Program-made: the position numbers and the translations under genes
Notes under the pieces: model-generated
Told to the model about the DNA's origin: nothing
The model's input: only the letters and a program-made list of their open reading frames with translations
Databases searched by the model: none
Source: an uncultured Candidatus Peribacteria bacterium
GTDB lineage: Bacteria > Patescibacteriota > Gracilibacteria > Peribacterales > Peribacteraceae
Length of the DNA stretch: 64,000 nucleotides
NCBI GenBank assembly: GCA_964633955.1
Contig: CAZWIA010000002.1
Location: 8,026-72,025 of the forward strand
Reading direction: 5' to 3'
Shown: positions 16,749 through 24,747 of the stretch, one piece after another
How positions within the stretch are numbered: the first letter of the stretch is position 1
How the letters are laid out: the number at the start of each line of letters is the position of its first letter

Positions 16749-17768
16749 TCAGCAATTATCCTCCTGGCGCAGCAGGCACTGGAAGTAGCGCTGCAGATCG
16801 GAGATGCCGTCCTCCAGCGTGGACCACTTGAGAGGATCCGTCTCCCCGCTGTCCCGCTGGCCGTTGAGGTTCTTATCCTCCCCCGTCCAGAAGCCCGGCG
16901 CAATGGTGCGGCAGAGCGTGCTTGGCGTATCAAACCCGTCACAGATGCGGCCGCCCTTGGCCATGCGGCAGTTGCCATCGCAGAGGCCATCGCCATCGGA
17001 ATCCTGCTGGATGGGGCTGGTCTCCCCGCGCTCCGTGCGGCCGTCCCGGTCGCGGTCCTCTACACCATCTATGAGGCCGTCGCCATCGGTGTCCCGGAAG
17101 AGCGGCAGGGTCTTGAGGCTCAGGACTTCCAGGCCGTCCATGATCCCGTCCCCGTCCGTATCGGGGCTCAGCGGATCCGTGCGGTGCGTCACCTCCAGCC
17201 GGGCGTTGAGCAGGTCGCGGTCGCGATCGGTCCCAAGCGGGATGGGCTGCTCGCTCATGACGTAGCAGGTGGCATCCTCCGGGAAAACCTCAATCTGGTG
17301 CCGGATGCGGCTACGCGCGATCCGCACCTGGTTGAGCTCCTCACGCCGCAGCGGCGGCTGGAACACGGAGTACGCGGGCTTTGCCGCGGCCAGCCGGTCG
17401 GCCCGCCACTTCCGCTCCGCTTCAGACAGGAACATCTTGCCGGGAAAGCCGGTGGGGCTGGGATTGGCGGTCTTGGGATCGTAGTCCTTGGGATAGCAGT
17501 AACCCCAGTAGCGAACGGCACGGCCGTCCACCCCCAGGAGCGCCCGCCGCGCAATGCGCCCAATGTCCGCCGGCAGCGTGAAGACCACGTTGGTGCTGGC
17601 GGGCACCGTGACGCCACTATCCACGTCCTCAGCCGTGAAGATCTGCCAGCGGTCGGCATCCTGGGATAGGAAGAGGCGCGCCTCTCCCCGCTGGGCGGCA
17701 AGCGCGCCCAGGACCATCAGGCAGAGCGCCGCGAGCGGGGCCAGGACCGGAGAGCGGTTGGTGGGCAT
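16749..17768 (-). CDS. secreted protein with thrombospondin type-3-like calcium-binding repeats
   Basis: Start at MPTNRSPVLAPLAALCLMVLGALAAQ. Repeats are DTDGDGIMDG, DTDGDGLIDGVED, DRDRDGRTE and DSDGDGLCDG. Confidence 0.7.
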   Translation of the reverse strand: MPTNRSPVLAPLAALCLMVLGALAAQRGEARLFLSQDADRWQIFTAEDVDSGVTVPASTNVVFTLPADIGRIARRALLGVDGRAVRYWGYCYPKDYDPKTANPSPTGFPGKMFLSEAERKWRADRLAAAKPAYSVFQPPLRREELNQVRIARSRIRHQIEVFPEDATCYVMSEQPIPLGTDRDRDLLNARLEVTHRTDPLSPDTDGDGIMDGLEVLSLKTLPLFRDTDGDGLIDGVEDRDRDGRTERGETSPIQQDSDGDGLCDGNCRMAKGGRICDGFDTPSTLCRTIAPGFWTGEDKNLNGQRDSGETDPLKWSTLEDGISDLQRYFQCLLRQEDNC

Positions 17769-17823
17769 GGGTTTCTCATTATGATAGCAGAAAAGCGGGA
17801 TTTGGGCCATTGCCTGTCCGGAT

Positions 17824-17893
17824 GAGGACTCAAAGGATGTAAAAGACTTAAGGGATTCGTTCTTTTAGGTCTTTTGAGTCCCCTAAATCCCTC
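17824..17893. repeat. C-poor/G-poor inverted repeat in the divergent region upstream of dnaJ
   Basis: GGACTCAAA...AAAAGAC (17826-17848) pairs with GTCTTTTGAGTCC (17868-17882). An additional GGGATT/AATCCC pair is present. Confidence 0.55.
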
Positions 17894-17909
17894 GAGCCCC
17901 CGTCTGCGC

Positions 17910-17915
17910 TATACT
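17910..17915 (+). promoter_or_regulatory. -10-like TATACT 8 nt upstream of the dnaJ ATG (leaderless candidate)
   Basis: TATACT-cggctccc-ATG. No Shine-Dalgarno sequence, and no convincing -35. Confidence 0.3.
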
Positions 17916-17923
17916 CGGCTCCC

Positions 17924-19021
17924 ATGCCCCAGGACTACTACGCCACCCTCGGCCTCTCACGCGGCGCCTCCGCGGAGGAGATCAAGGCGGCGTACCGCAA
18001 GCTCTCCAAGGAACTCCACCCGGACAAGCACAAGGGGGACAAGGCGGCGGAGGAGAAGTTCAAGGCGGTGAACGAGGCGTACGAGGTGCTCAGCAATCCG
18101 CAGAAGAAGCAGATGTACGACCAGTTTGGCACGGCCGATGCGGGATCGGGAGGTGCGGGGTTCGGCGGCTTTGGCGGCCAGGGTTTCTCCGGGTTCGATT
18201 TCTCCGGCTTCACCGGCGGGAACGCGTCGGACTTCGCGGATATCTTTGAGAGCTTCTTTAGTGGCTCGGCCGGCTCGCCACGGGCTCCGCGCAATCAGCG
18301 AGGACGGGACTTGGAAGTGGGCATCACGATCGACTTCCCAGCGAGCGTCACCGGCCTGGAGCGCACGGTGCAGGTGCGGCGGCTCACGCCGTGCAAGACC
18401 TGCGGCGGCGATGGCGCGGAACCCGGATCCAAGGTCATCGCCTGCCCGGAGTGCGGCGGCACGGGGCAAGTCACGCGCACGGCCCAGAGCCTCTTTGGCG
18501 TCATCCAGCAGCGCACGGTGTGTCCGCGCTGCCGGGGATCCGGCCGCGTGCCGGAGCAGGCGTGCCGCACGTGCGGCGGCGAGGGGCGGGTGACCGAGAC
18601 CGCCGTGATCCCCGTACAGGTGCCGGCGGGCATTGCGGACGGACAGACGCTACGGCTGCGCGGTGAAGGGGAAGCGGGAGCGCGCGAAGCGCCCAGCGGC
18701 GATCTCTACGTGCACGTCACGGTCCGACCGGACCCGCGCTTTGAGCGGGACGGCGATGACATCCGTTCGCACGCGGAGGTCTCCGTGATCGATGCGATCC
18801 TGGGAACGGACACGGAGATCGAGACGGTCCACGGGAAGGCGACCGTGAAGGTGCCGGAAGGCACGCAGCCCGGCACCGTGCTGCGGCTCAAGGGCAAGGG
18901 CATGCCGGTCCTGAACGCCTCCCGCCACGGCGACCACTACGTGGAGATCCGCGTGAAGATCCCCGCGCGCCTCAGCCGGGCGGAGCGCAAGCTCTTGGAA
19001 GAGTGGCGGAAGCTGCAGTGA
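17924..19021 (+). CDS. dnaJ: molecular chaperone DnaJ
   Basis: J domain with HPD, a G/F-rich linker, four CxxCxGxG zinc-finger repeats and a C-terminal substrate-binding domain. Confidence 0.95.
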   Translation: MPQDYYATLGLSRGASAEEIKAAYRKLSKELHPDKHKGDKAAEEKFKAVNEAYEVLSNPQKKQMYDQFGTADAGSGGAGFGGFGGQGFSGFDFSGFTGGNASDFADIFESFFSGSAGSPRAPRNQRGRDLEVGITIDFPASVTGLERTVQVRRLTPCKTCGGDGAEPGSKVIACPECGGTGQVTRTAQSLFGVIQQRTVCPRCRGSGRVPEQACRTCGGEGRVTETAVIPVQVPAGIADGQTLRLRGEGEAGAREAPSGDLYVHVTVRPDPRFERDGDDIRSHAEVSVIDAILGTDTEIETVHGKATVKVPEGTQPGTVLRLKGKGMPVLNASRHGDHYVEIRVKIPARLSRAERKLLEEWRKLQ

Positions 19022-19089
19022 CGCCTCACGCCCGCAAAACCCCGGGTTTCCAGTGGCACTTTTCCGCGGATGGACTTAGAGTTCCCGTC

Positions 19090-19254
19090 ATGTTCAAGAA
19101 GCTCCTACGCAGGAAGAAGGCCCCCCAGGCTGAGACGCTCAAGCAGAAGCTGGAGCGGATCACGCGTGGAAAGAGCACATACGTGCTACCTGAAAAGCTG
19201 AAGGACCTCGACCCAAGCTATAAGATCATGTTGCAGGAGCTTTCCAGGCGGTGA
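19090..19254 (+). CDS. small basic protein, candidate antitoxin partner of the Doc-like gene
   Basis: 54 aa (MFKKLLRRKKAPQAETLKQKLERI...). Its stop overlaps the Doc start (GTGATG). I recognise no family. Confidence 0.4.
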   Translation: MFKKLLRRKKAPQAETLKQKLERITRGKSTYVLPEKLKDLDPSYKIMLQELSRR

Positions 19255-19754
19255 TGCTTTACGTGACGCTCGAACTATGCCGGAAGGAAGTCTTCCCATT
19301 CATCCATCAGGAACTCACTGATGCTGAATCGGCTGCTGATTACGAATACGAGTCGGAAGACATGGCTGAACTCGAAAAAGTGCTCATCTTTGTACGGCAC
19401 GATGCGTATTATCCGACGTTCGCAGACAAAGCGGCATACCTCATCTGCAGCATCGCTGGATCACAATACTTTTCGAACGGCAACAAGCGGTTGAGTGTCA
19501 CAGCACTGCTCAAGTTCCTCGTTCTCAATCGGATTCCAATCCGGAATATTGATACACCTGGTTTCCGGGAGATCCTCACGAACGTATTCCCGATGAGTCA
19601 CTGAGAGGAAAACCCGCGCATCACCGACCCGCACTCGCAGTTCCTCTACAACCTCGCCATTGTCATCGGCGACCGGACGCAGTGGGATACGAACGATTTC
19701 TCTGAGATCAAGCAGCGCGTGGCGGTGATGTTTGGCGAGCTCTACAGCCGATAA
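19251..19754 (+). pseudogene. doc: Doc/Fic-fold (death-on-curing) toxin gene interrupted by an in-frame TGA, with the catalytic His replaced
   Basis: QYFSNGNKR replaces HxFx(D/N)(A/G)NKR. TGA at 19602-19604 is followed by 49 sense codons in the same frame (LYNLAIVIGDRTQWDTNDFSEIKQRVAVMFGELYSR) up to TAA at 19752-19754. Confidence 0.6.
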
Positions 19755-19828
19755 AGCGCATGCAACGGTTATGTTCGACGATGCGTATATTGTGTGATGC
19801 ACTTCCGTTTGCACAACCAACCGCGTGA

Positions 19829-20383
19829 TCACACATCCAAATTCCCAAAGTCATCCCCCGCCATCACGGGACTGAGCTCCTCGCTCACTTCCTCCGCGCC
19901 TGCGGCACCATTCTTGGACTGCTTGAGGCGGAGTACGATCTGCCGGTAGTCCCCCTCGCCCACGCTCTCCGTGGTGAGGTCCTGCAACTGCGGGTGGCGC
20001 GTGACGTAGTTGTGCACGATGCGGCGGAAGTACGGATTCATGGGCGGCAGCGCAATGCGGTTGCCGGTGCGCCTCACAAAGTCCGCCTTCTGCTCCGCGA
20101 TCTTGCAGACCTTCTCCTCCTGCGCCCGGCGGTAGCCGTCCACGTCCAGCACCAGGAACGGCGCCTTACTGAGCCCCTCCTGCGTGCGGATGATGGCCTT
20201 GGCCAAGTTCTGGATGGCGCCGAGCGTCTCCCCGTGCCAGCCGATGATGCGGCTGGGCTCCGGGCTCACAAGCTCCACGCGCGTCATGCCGTCCTCCTCC
20301 GGCAGCACGCGGATCTGGGTGACCTTCAGGTCCAGGAGCGTGAGAAGCTCGCTCAGGACGGATTTGATGCGTTCGGCGGTCAT
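19829..20383 (-). CDS. khpB: KH + R3H domain RNA-binding protein (Jag/KhpB-like)
   Basis: Start at MTAERIKS. KH region (GWHGETLGAIQNLA) and R3H region (LPPMNPYFRRIVHNYV). Confidence 0.78.
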   Translation of the reverse strand: MTAERIKSVLSELLTLLDLKVTQIRVLPEEDGMTRVELVSPEPSRIIGWHGETLGAIQNLAKAIIRTQEGLSKAPFLVLDVDGYRRAQEEKVCKIAEQKADFVRRTGNRIALPPMNPYFRRIVHNYVTRHPQLQDLTTESVGEGDYRQIVLRLKQSKNGAAGAEEVSEELSPVMAGDDFGNLDV

Positions 20384-20569
20384 GGCGGAGGGGAGGATAG
20401 CGCGAATCGATCCCCGTACAAATCGGATCTCTTCATCAACTGGAGTTATGAAGTATGAATTAAGAATCATGAGCCGTTTTTCTCTGCATAATTCGTCATT
20501 CATGATTCACGATTCTCACAAAGAAAGCCCCTCTTCCGAGGAGCCCTCTTTTGGTTCTACCGCGACCAA

Positions 20570-20845
20570 TTAGCGGACCGCGTCCTTGAGCGTCTTGCCG
20601 GCCTTGAAGGTGGGAACCTTCATGGCGGGGATGGAGATCTTCTGGCTGGGATTCCGGGGATTCACACCGGTGCGGGCGCGGCGGGAGGAGAGGCGGAAGG
20701 TGCCAAAGCCGGTGATGGTCACAGGCTGGCCCTTCTTCAAGTTCTTCACCACGATGTTGATGATCGCCTGGAGAGCGTCCGCGGCGGCGCGCTTGGTGAT
20801 CCCGGAGGCATCCGCGATAGCTGCAATCAAGTCCTGCTTGGACAT
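20570..20845 (-). CDS. hup: HU-family DNA-binding protein
   Basis: MSKQDLIAAIA...ITGFGTF..SSRRARTGVNPRNP..KISIPAMKVPTFKAGKTLKDAV. Confidence 0.9.
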   Translation of the reverse strand: MSKQDLIAAIADASGITKRAAADALQAIINIVVKNLKKGQPVTITGFGTFRLSSRRARTGVNPRNPSQKISIPAMKVPTFKAGKTLKDAVR

Positions 20846-21211
20846 AGGAAGGGTGGAAAGGAAGTAAGACGGAGCCAAGTCTACGCGGCCAGGAAGCCGG
20901 CGCAAGCGCGGGTGGTCTGATTTTCGGCTTGCACAAGGGATATTTCTATGGAAATGGCCTCCACAAGCCATGGAACTTGAATACAAAGAATAGTTTACAA
21001 CTGCATGAAACTCTTCACATTCTGTAATTCGATCGATATGCATCATCACAGTCAATGCCGCTCGGGCGGGCGTTCAGCGCGGTCGCGGAACGGAAGAACA
21101 GGCTTCCCTTAGGGCAAAAAGGCGGACCCCGCACGGCGATCGCGGTTGACGGATCCGTCATGGCTTCCGTAGTCTCGCCTCTCGCGCACGCATGTGATTC
21201 CTCCTCCCCGT

Positions 21212-23596
21212 ATGAGCAAGCACCTGGTCATTGTGGAGAGCCCCGCCAAAGCCCGCACCATCAAGAAGTTCCTGGGCAAGGATTACGCGGTGGAAGCCAG
21301 CATGGGCCACGTGCGGGACCTGCCGTCCTCCACGCTGGCCGTGGATACGGAGAAGACGTTCCAGCCGGAGTACGAAGTGCCCAAGGAGAAGGAGGCCGTG
21401 GTGAAGCGGCTGCGTGAGGCGCTCAAGGAGACGGGGGACCTCTGGATCGCGACCGATGAGGACCGGGAGGGGGAGGCGATCGGCTGGCACCTGACACAGG
21501 TCCTGAAGGTGCAGGAGCCGGAGCGTGTGAAGCGCATCGTGTTCCATGAGATCACTGAGCGCGCCATCAAGGAGGCCGTATCCCGCCCCCGCACGATCGA
21601 TATGAAGCTGGTGGACGCGCAGCAGGCGCGGCGCGTGCTCGATCGGTTGGTCGGCTACACGCTCTCTCCATTTCTCTGGAAGAAGGTGTACCGCGGACTC
21701 AGCGCCGGACGCGTGCAGTCGGTCGCCGTGCGGATCATCGTGGACCGCGAGCGAGAGATCCAGGCATTTGTGCCGGTGGAGTACTGGACGATCAGCGCCC
21801 TGCTGGAGACGGGAGAGAAACGGCAGTTCACCGCGCAGCTGCAGAAGGAGAAGGGAGACAAGGTACAGCTCAGCTCCCAAGCCGATGCCGACCGCGTGCT
21901 GGCCGCGCTCCAGGGCGCCGCGTTCACGGTCGAATCCATGGAGGAGAAGGACCTCAAGCGCACCCCGCCGCCGCCGTTCACCACGTCCACGCTCCAGCAG
22001 GAGGCGGCGCGCAAACTGGGCTTCTCCGTGAAGCAGACCATGGTGATCGCGCAGCAGCTGTATGAAGGCATCAACCTGGGCAAGGGCCAGGGGCACACCG
22101 GTCTCATCACCTACATGCGCACGGACTCCGTGAACCTGAGCAATCAGGCGCTGGAGGATATCAACGCCACCATCCAGCAGCAGTACGGCCGGGAGTACCT
22201 GCTCTCCGAACCGCGTAAGTACAAGACGCGGTCCAAGGGCGCGCAGGAAGCGCATGAGGCCATCCGGCCGACCGAACTGGGACGCTCGCCGCAGTCGCTC
22301 GCCTCCGTGCTGGACCACCAGCAGCTCAAGCTCTACACGCTCATCTGGAACCGCACCATGGCTACCCAGATGGCGGCCGCGGAGCTCAAGCGCGTGGGCG
22401 TGGACATCCGCGCCAAGGAGTTCACCTTCCGCGCCACCGGACAGACAGTGACGTTTGATGGTTTCCTCCGCGTCTACCAGGAGGGCCGGGATGAGGGGGA
22501 GAAGAAGGAGGACGAACTGGATGACGGCGAGTCTGTGCTGCCGCCGCTCCGGGAGGGCGAAGAGCTGGCGCTCCAGGAGCTCAAGCCCGAGCAGCACTTC
22601 ACCAAGCCGCCGCCCCGCTACACGGAAGCAAGTCTGGTGAAGACGCTGGAGGAGCAGGGCATCGGCCGGCCCAGCACCTACGCCCCCACCATCTCCACCA
22701 TCATCCAGCGCGGGTATGTAAAGAAGGAAGGATCCCAACTCATCCCGCAGGATATCGCCTTCATGGTGACCGATCTCCTCACGGAGCACTTCCCGAACAT
22801 CGTGGACCTCCAGTTCACCGCCACCATGGAGCAGTCCCTGGATGACATTGCGGAGGGAGAGGCGACCGGGCAGAAGTTCCTGCGATCGTTCTACGATCCG
22901 TTCCAGCAGCTGGTGCAGGAGAAGAGCCAGGAGATCTCCAAGAAGGACGTGATGAAGGAGCGCGTGCTGGGCATGGATCCGGAAACGGGCCTGGAGGTCA
23001 TTGTGCGGATTGGCCGCTTTGGACCGTACGTGCAGCTGGGACGGATGGAGGAACCGCCAGCGGAGGAGAAGGTGAAGCGCAAGAAGGGCGAGAAGGCGCC
23101 TAAGAAGGCTCAGCGCAAAACCAAGCCCAAGAGCGCGTCCGTCCCCCGCCATCTCTCCATGGACGACGTGACGCTGGAGCAGGCGCTGGACCTGCTGCAG
23201 TTCCCAAAGACCCTCGGCATTGAGGAGAACGAGCCGGTGACGCTCGCGTTCGGTCGCTTTGGCCCGTACCTGAGCTGGGGGGAGAAGAAGGCGGCGCTGC
23301 CCAAGGATACGGATCCCCTGAAGGTGGATCTGACGGAAGCGCTCTTCATCATCCGCGATTCCGAGGAGCGCAAGAAGAAAGCCGCAGAACCCCTCCGCAC
23401 GCTGGGCAGTTCACCGGTGACGGGCAAGCCGGTACACGTGAAGGACGGCCGGTTTGGCCCCTACGTCACGGACGGGGAGACCAACTGCTCGCTGGGGAAG
23501 AAGCGGGACCCGCAGACCATCACGCTGGAAGTGGCGATCGACCTGCTGGCCAAGAAGAAGGAGAGAGGGCCGAGCAAGTGGCGGCGGAGGGGGTGA
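21212..23596 (+). CDS. topA: DNA topoisomerase I (zinc-ribbon-less C-terminus with GRFGPY repeats)
   Basis: TOPRIM N-terminus LVIVESPAKARTI, active-site region GLITYMRTDS, and three GRFGPY(V/L) C-terminal repeats. No Cys4 motifs. Confidence 0.95.
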   Translation: MSKHLVIVESPAKARTIKKFLGKDYAVEASMGHVRDLPSSTLAVDTEKTFQPEYEVPKEKEAVVKRLREALKETGDLWIATDEDREGEAIGWHLTQVLKVQEPERVKRIVFHEITERAIKEAVSRPRTIDMKLVDAQQARRVLDRLVGYTLSPFLWKKVYRGLSAGRVQSVAVRIIVDREREIQAFVPVEYWTISALLETGEKRQFTAQLQKEKGDKVQLSSQADADRVLAALQGAAFTVESMEEKDLKRTPPPPFTTSTLQQEAARKLGFSVKQTMVIAQQLYEGINLGKGQGHTGLITYMRTDSVNLSNQALEDINATIQQQYGREYLLSEPRKYKTRSKGAQEAHEAIRPTELGRSPQSLASVLDHQQLKLYTLIWNRTMATQMAAAELKRVGVDIRAKEFTFRATGQTVTFDGFLRVYQEGRDEGEKKEDELDDGESVLPPLREGEELALQELKPEQHFTKPPPRYTEASLVKTLEEQGIGRPSTYAPTISTIIQRGYVKKEGSQLIPQDIAFMVTDLLTEHFPNIVDLQFTATMEQSLDDIAEGEATGQKFLRSFYDPFQQLVQEKSQEISKKDVMKERVLGMDPETGLEVIVRIGRFGPYVQLGRMEEPPAEEKVKRKKGEKAPKKAQRKTKPKSASVPRHLSMDDVTLEQALDLLQFPKTLGIEENEPVTLAFGRFGPYLSWGEKKAALPKDTDPLKVDLTEALFIIRDSEERKKKAAEPLRTLGSSPVTGKPVHVKDGRFGPYVTDGETNCSLGKKRDPQTITLEVAIDLLAKKKERGPSKWRRRG

Positions 23597-23683
23597 GACG
23601 TAGCAGAAGATTGATAAAACTTTCGGCAAAGTTCATCCCTGCGACGTGCTATCGGCAGAAAACGGTAGTGTGAATTTCATAGA

Positions 23684-23759
23684 TGGCAGGCGCGGCAGGG
23701 CTCGAACCTGCGACCCTCAGTTTTGGAGACTGATGCTCTACCAGCTGAGCTACGCGCCT
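23684..23759 (-). tRNA. tRNA-Trp (anticodon CCA), CCA end encoded
   Basis: The minus strand folds as AGGCGCG-TA-GCTCAGCTGGTAGAGC-A-TCAGT-CTCCAAA-ACTGA-GGGTC-GCAGG-TTCGAGC-CCTGC-CGCGCCT-G-CCA. Confidence 0.9.
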
Positions 23760-23762
23760 TGA

Positions 23763-23839
23763 AGAGTGTGGTGAACCGGAGGATGGCAAGGAGTGTCATG
23801 CGAAGCCCTGATGCCGCTGAAGGGCTGAGCTACGTGCCT
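23763..23839 (-). other. decayed tRNA-like copy abutting the 5' end of tRNA-Trp
   Basis: The minus strand begins AGGCACGTAGCTCAGC (15/16 identical to the tRNA 5' end) and retains ATCAG and GGTTCA fragments. There is no acceptor 3' strand. Confidence 0.5.
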
Positions 23840-23940
23840 AAGATGATCGAATTGTAGGCGAAGGGCCTGCTGTAGGGGAAGAAAAACGGCTTTCAGGCTA
23901 AAGCCTAGCCCAAAACGCCGTTTTCTGCTATACTTCCACG

Positions 23941-24435
23941 ATGCCCGTGAAGCCGAAGAAGAAACCGGCCGTGAAGAAGAAGCCCACTGCCAAGCGGAAG
24001 GCCTCCGCGCGAACCGCCAAGAGCGCCGTGAAGGCGGCGCCCCAACCCAGGGCGACCGGACCCAAGAAGCGCATCCTGATCATCGATGACGACCCGGCGC
24101 TCTCCCGCGTGATGGCGCTGAAGTTCCAGAATGCCGGGCTGGACGTGGAAGTGTGCCACAACGGCCGCCAGGCGATCGAGGTGATGCGGGAGCGGAAGTT
24201 CGACACGATCCTGGTGGACCTGATCATGCCGGAGAAGACGGGGTTTGACGTGCTGCAGGAACGGCCCAAGACCGTGAACGCCAAGACGCCCATCTACGTG
24301 ATGAGCGACATGCGGACGCCGGAGACCATGGACCAGACACGGAGCCTGGGCGCCACCAACTACTTCATCAAGATGCAGATGCCGCTCAATGATGTCATCC
24401 GCATCCTGCTGGGACAGGACGCGGGTGAGGCCTAG
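23941..24435 (+). CDS. single-domain response regulator (REC) with a Lys/Ala/Pro-rich basic N-terminal tail
   Basis: Residues 1-42 are MPVKPKKKPAVKKKPTAKRKASARTAKSAVKAAPQPRATGPK. The REC core follows, with DDD and the VDLIMP phospho-acceptor context. Confidence 0.85.
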   Translation: MPVKPKKKPAVKKKPTAKRKASARTAKSAVKAAPQPRATGPKKRILIIDDDPALSRVMALKFQNAGLDVEVCHNGRQAIEVMRERKFDTILVDLIMPEKTGFDVLQERPKTVNAKTPIYVMSDMRTPETMDQTRSLGATNYFIKMQMPLNDVIRILLGQDAGEA

Positions 24436-24623
24436 CCCGCGATCAGCCGCGCGCGCTCTGGCATGTCCCCCCGGTAGGACACGGCATGCCGCGCCATCCA
24501 CAGCCGCCCGCCGGCCGGCCGCAGGGCGGATCCCACATCCAGGTACGCCTGGAGGAAATTGGGCTCGTCAAAGGGGGGATCCTGGAACTGCGTGCCGGAA
24601 AAGCAGACAACGATGTTCTTCAT
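24432..24623 (-). CDS. hypothetical 63-aa protein (possibly a gene remnant)
   Basis: ORF only (MKNIVVCFSGTQFQDPPFDEPNF...). Four-nt convergent overlap with the response regulator. No RBS seen. Confidence 0.3.
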   Translation of the reverse strand: MKNIVVCFSGTQFQDPPFDEPNFLQAYLDVGSALRPAGGRLWMARHAVSYRGDMPERARLIAG

Positions 24624-24747
24624 GGAGGGGAAAACCGGATTCGATCGAATATAGACGATCCGTTCGCAATTTTTGACGTTCCGACACTGCCGAGCTTACA
24701 GGATCGATTCATTGACATACGCTAAAACGATAGTGCCTTACCCTCCT

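Noticed and set aside
17824-17893. CIRCE (HrcA) or HAIR (HspR) operator upstream of dnaJ
   Set aside because: The sequence does not match TTAGCACTC-N9-GAGTGCTAA. The ACTCAAA/TTTGAGT halves are in the wrong orientation and spacing for HAIR (CTTGAGT-N7-ACTCAAG). The architecture fits the heptamer-type repeat family instead.
19602-19604. The in-frame TGA in the Doc-like gene as evidence for TGA recoding (genetic code 4 or 25)
   Set aside because: TGA terminates dnaJ, serS, topA, comM, hsp20 and recJ exactly at their expected conserved C-termini. The standard code therefore applies, and a nonsense mutation is the simpler explanation.
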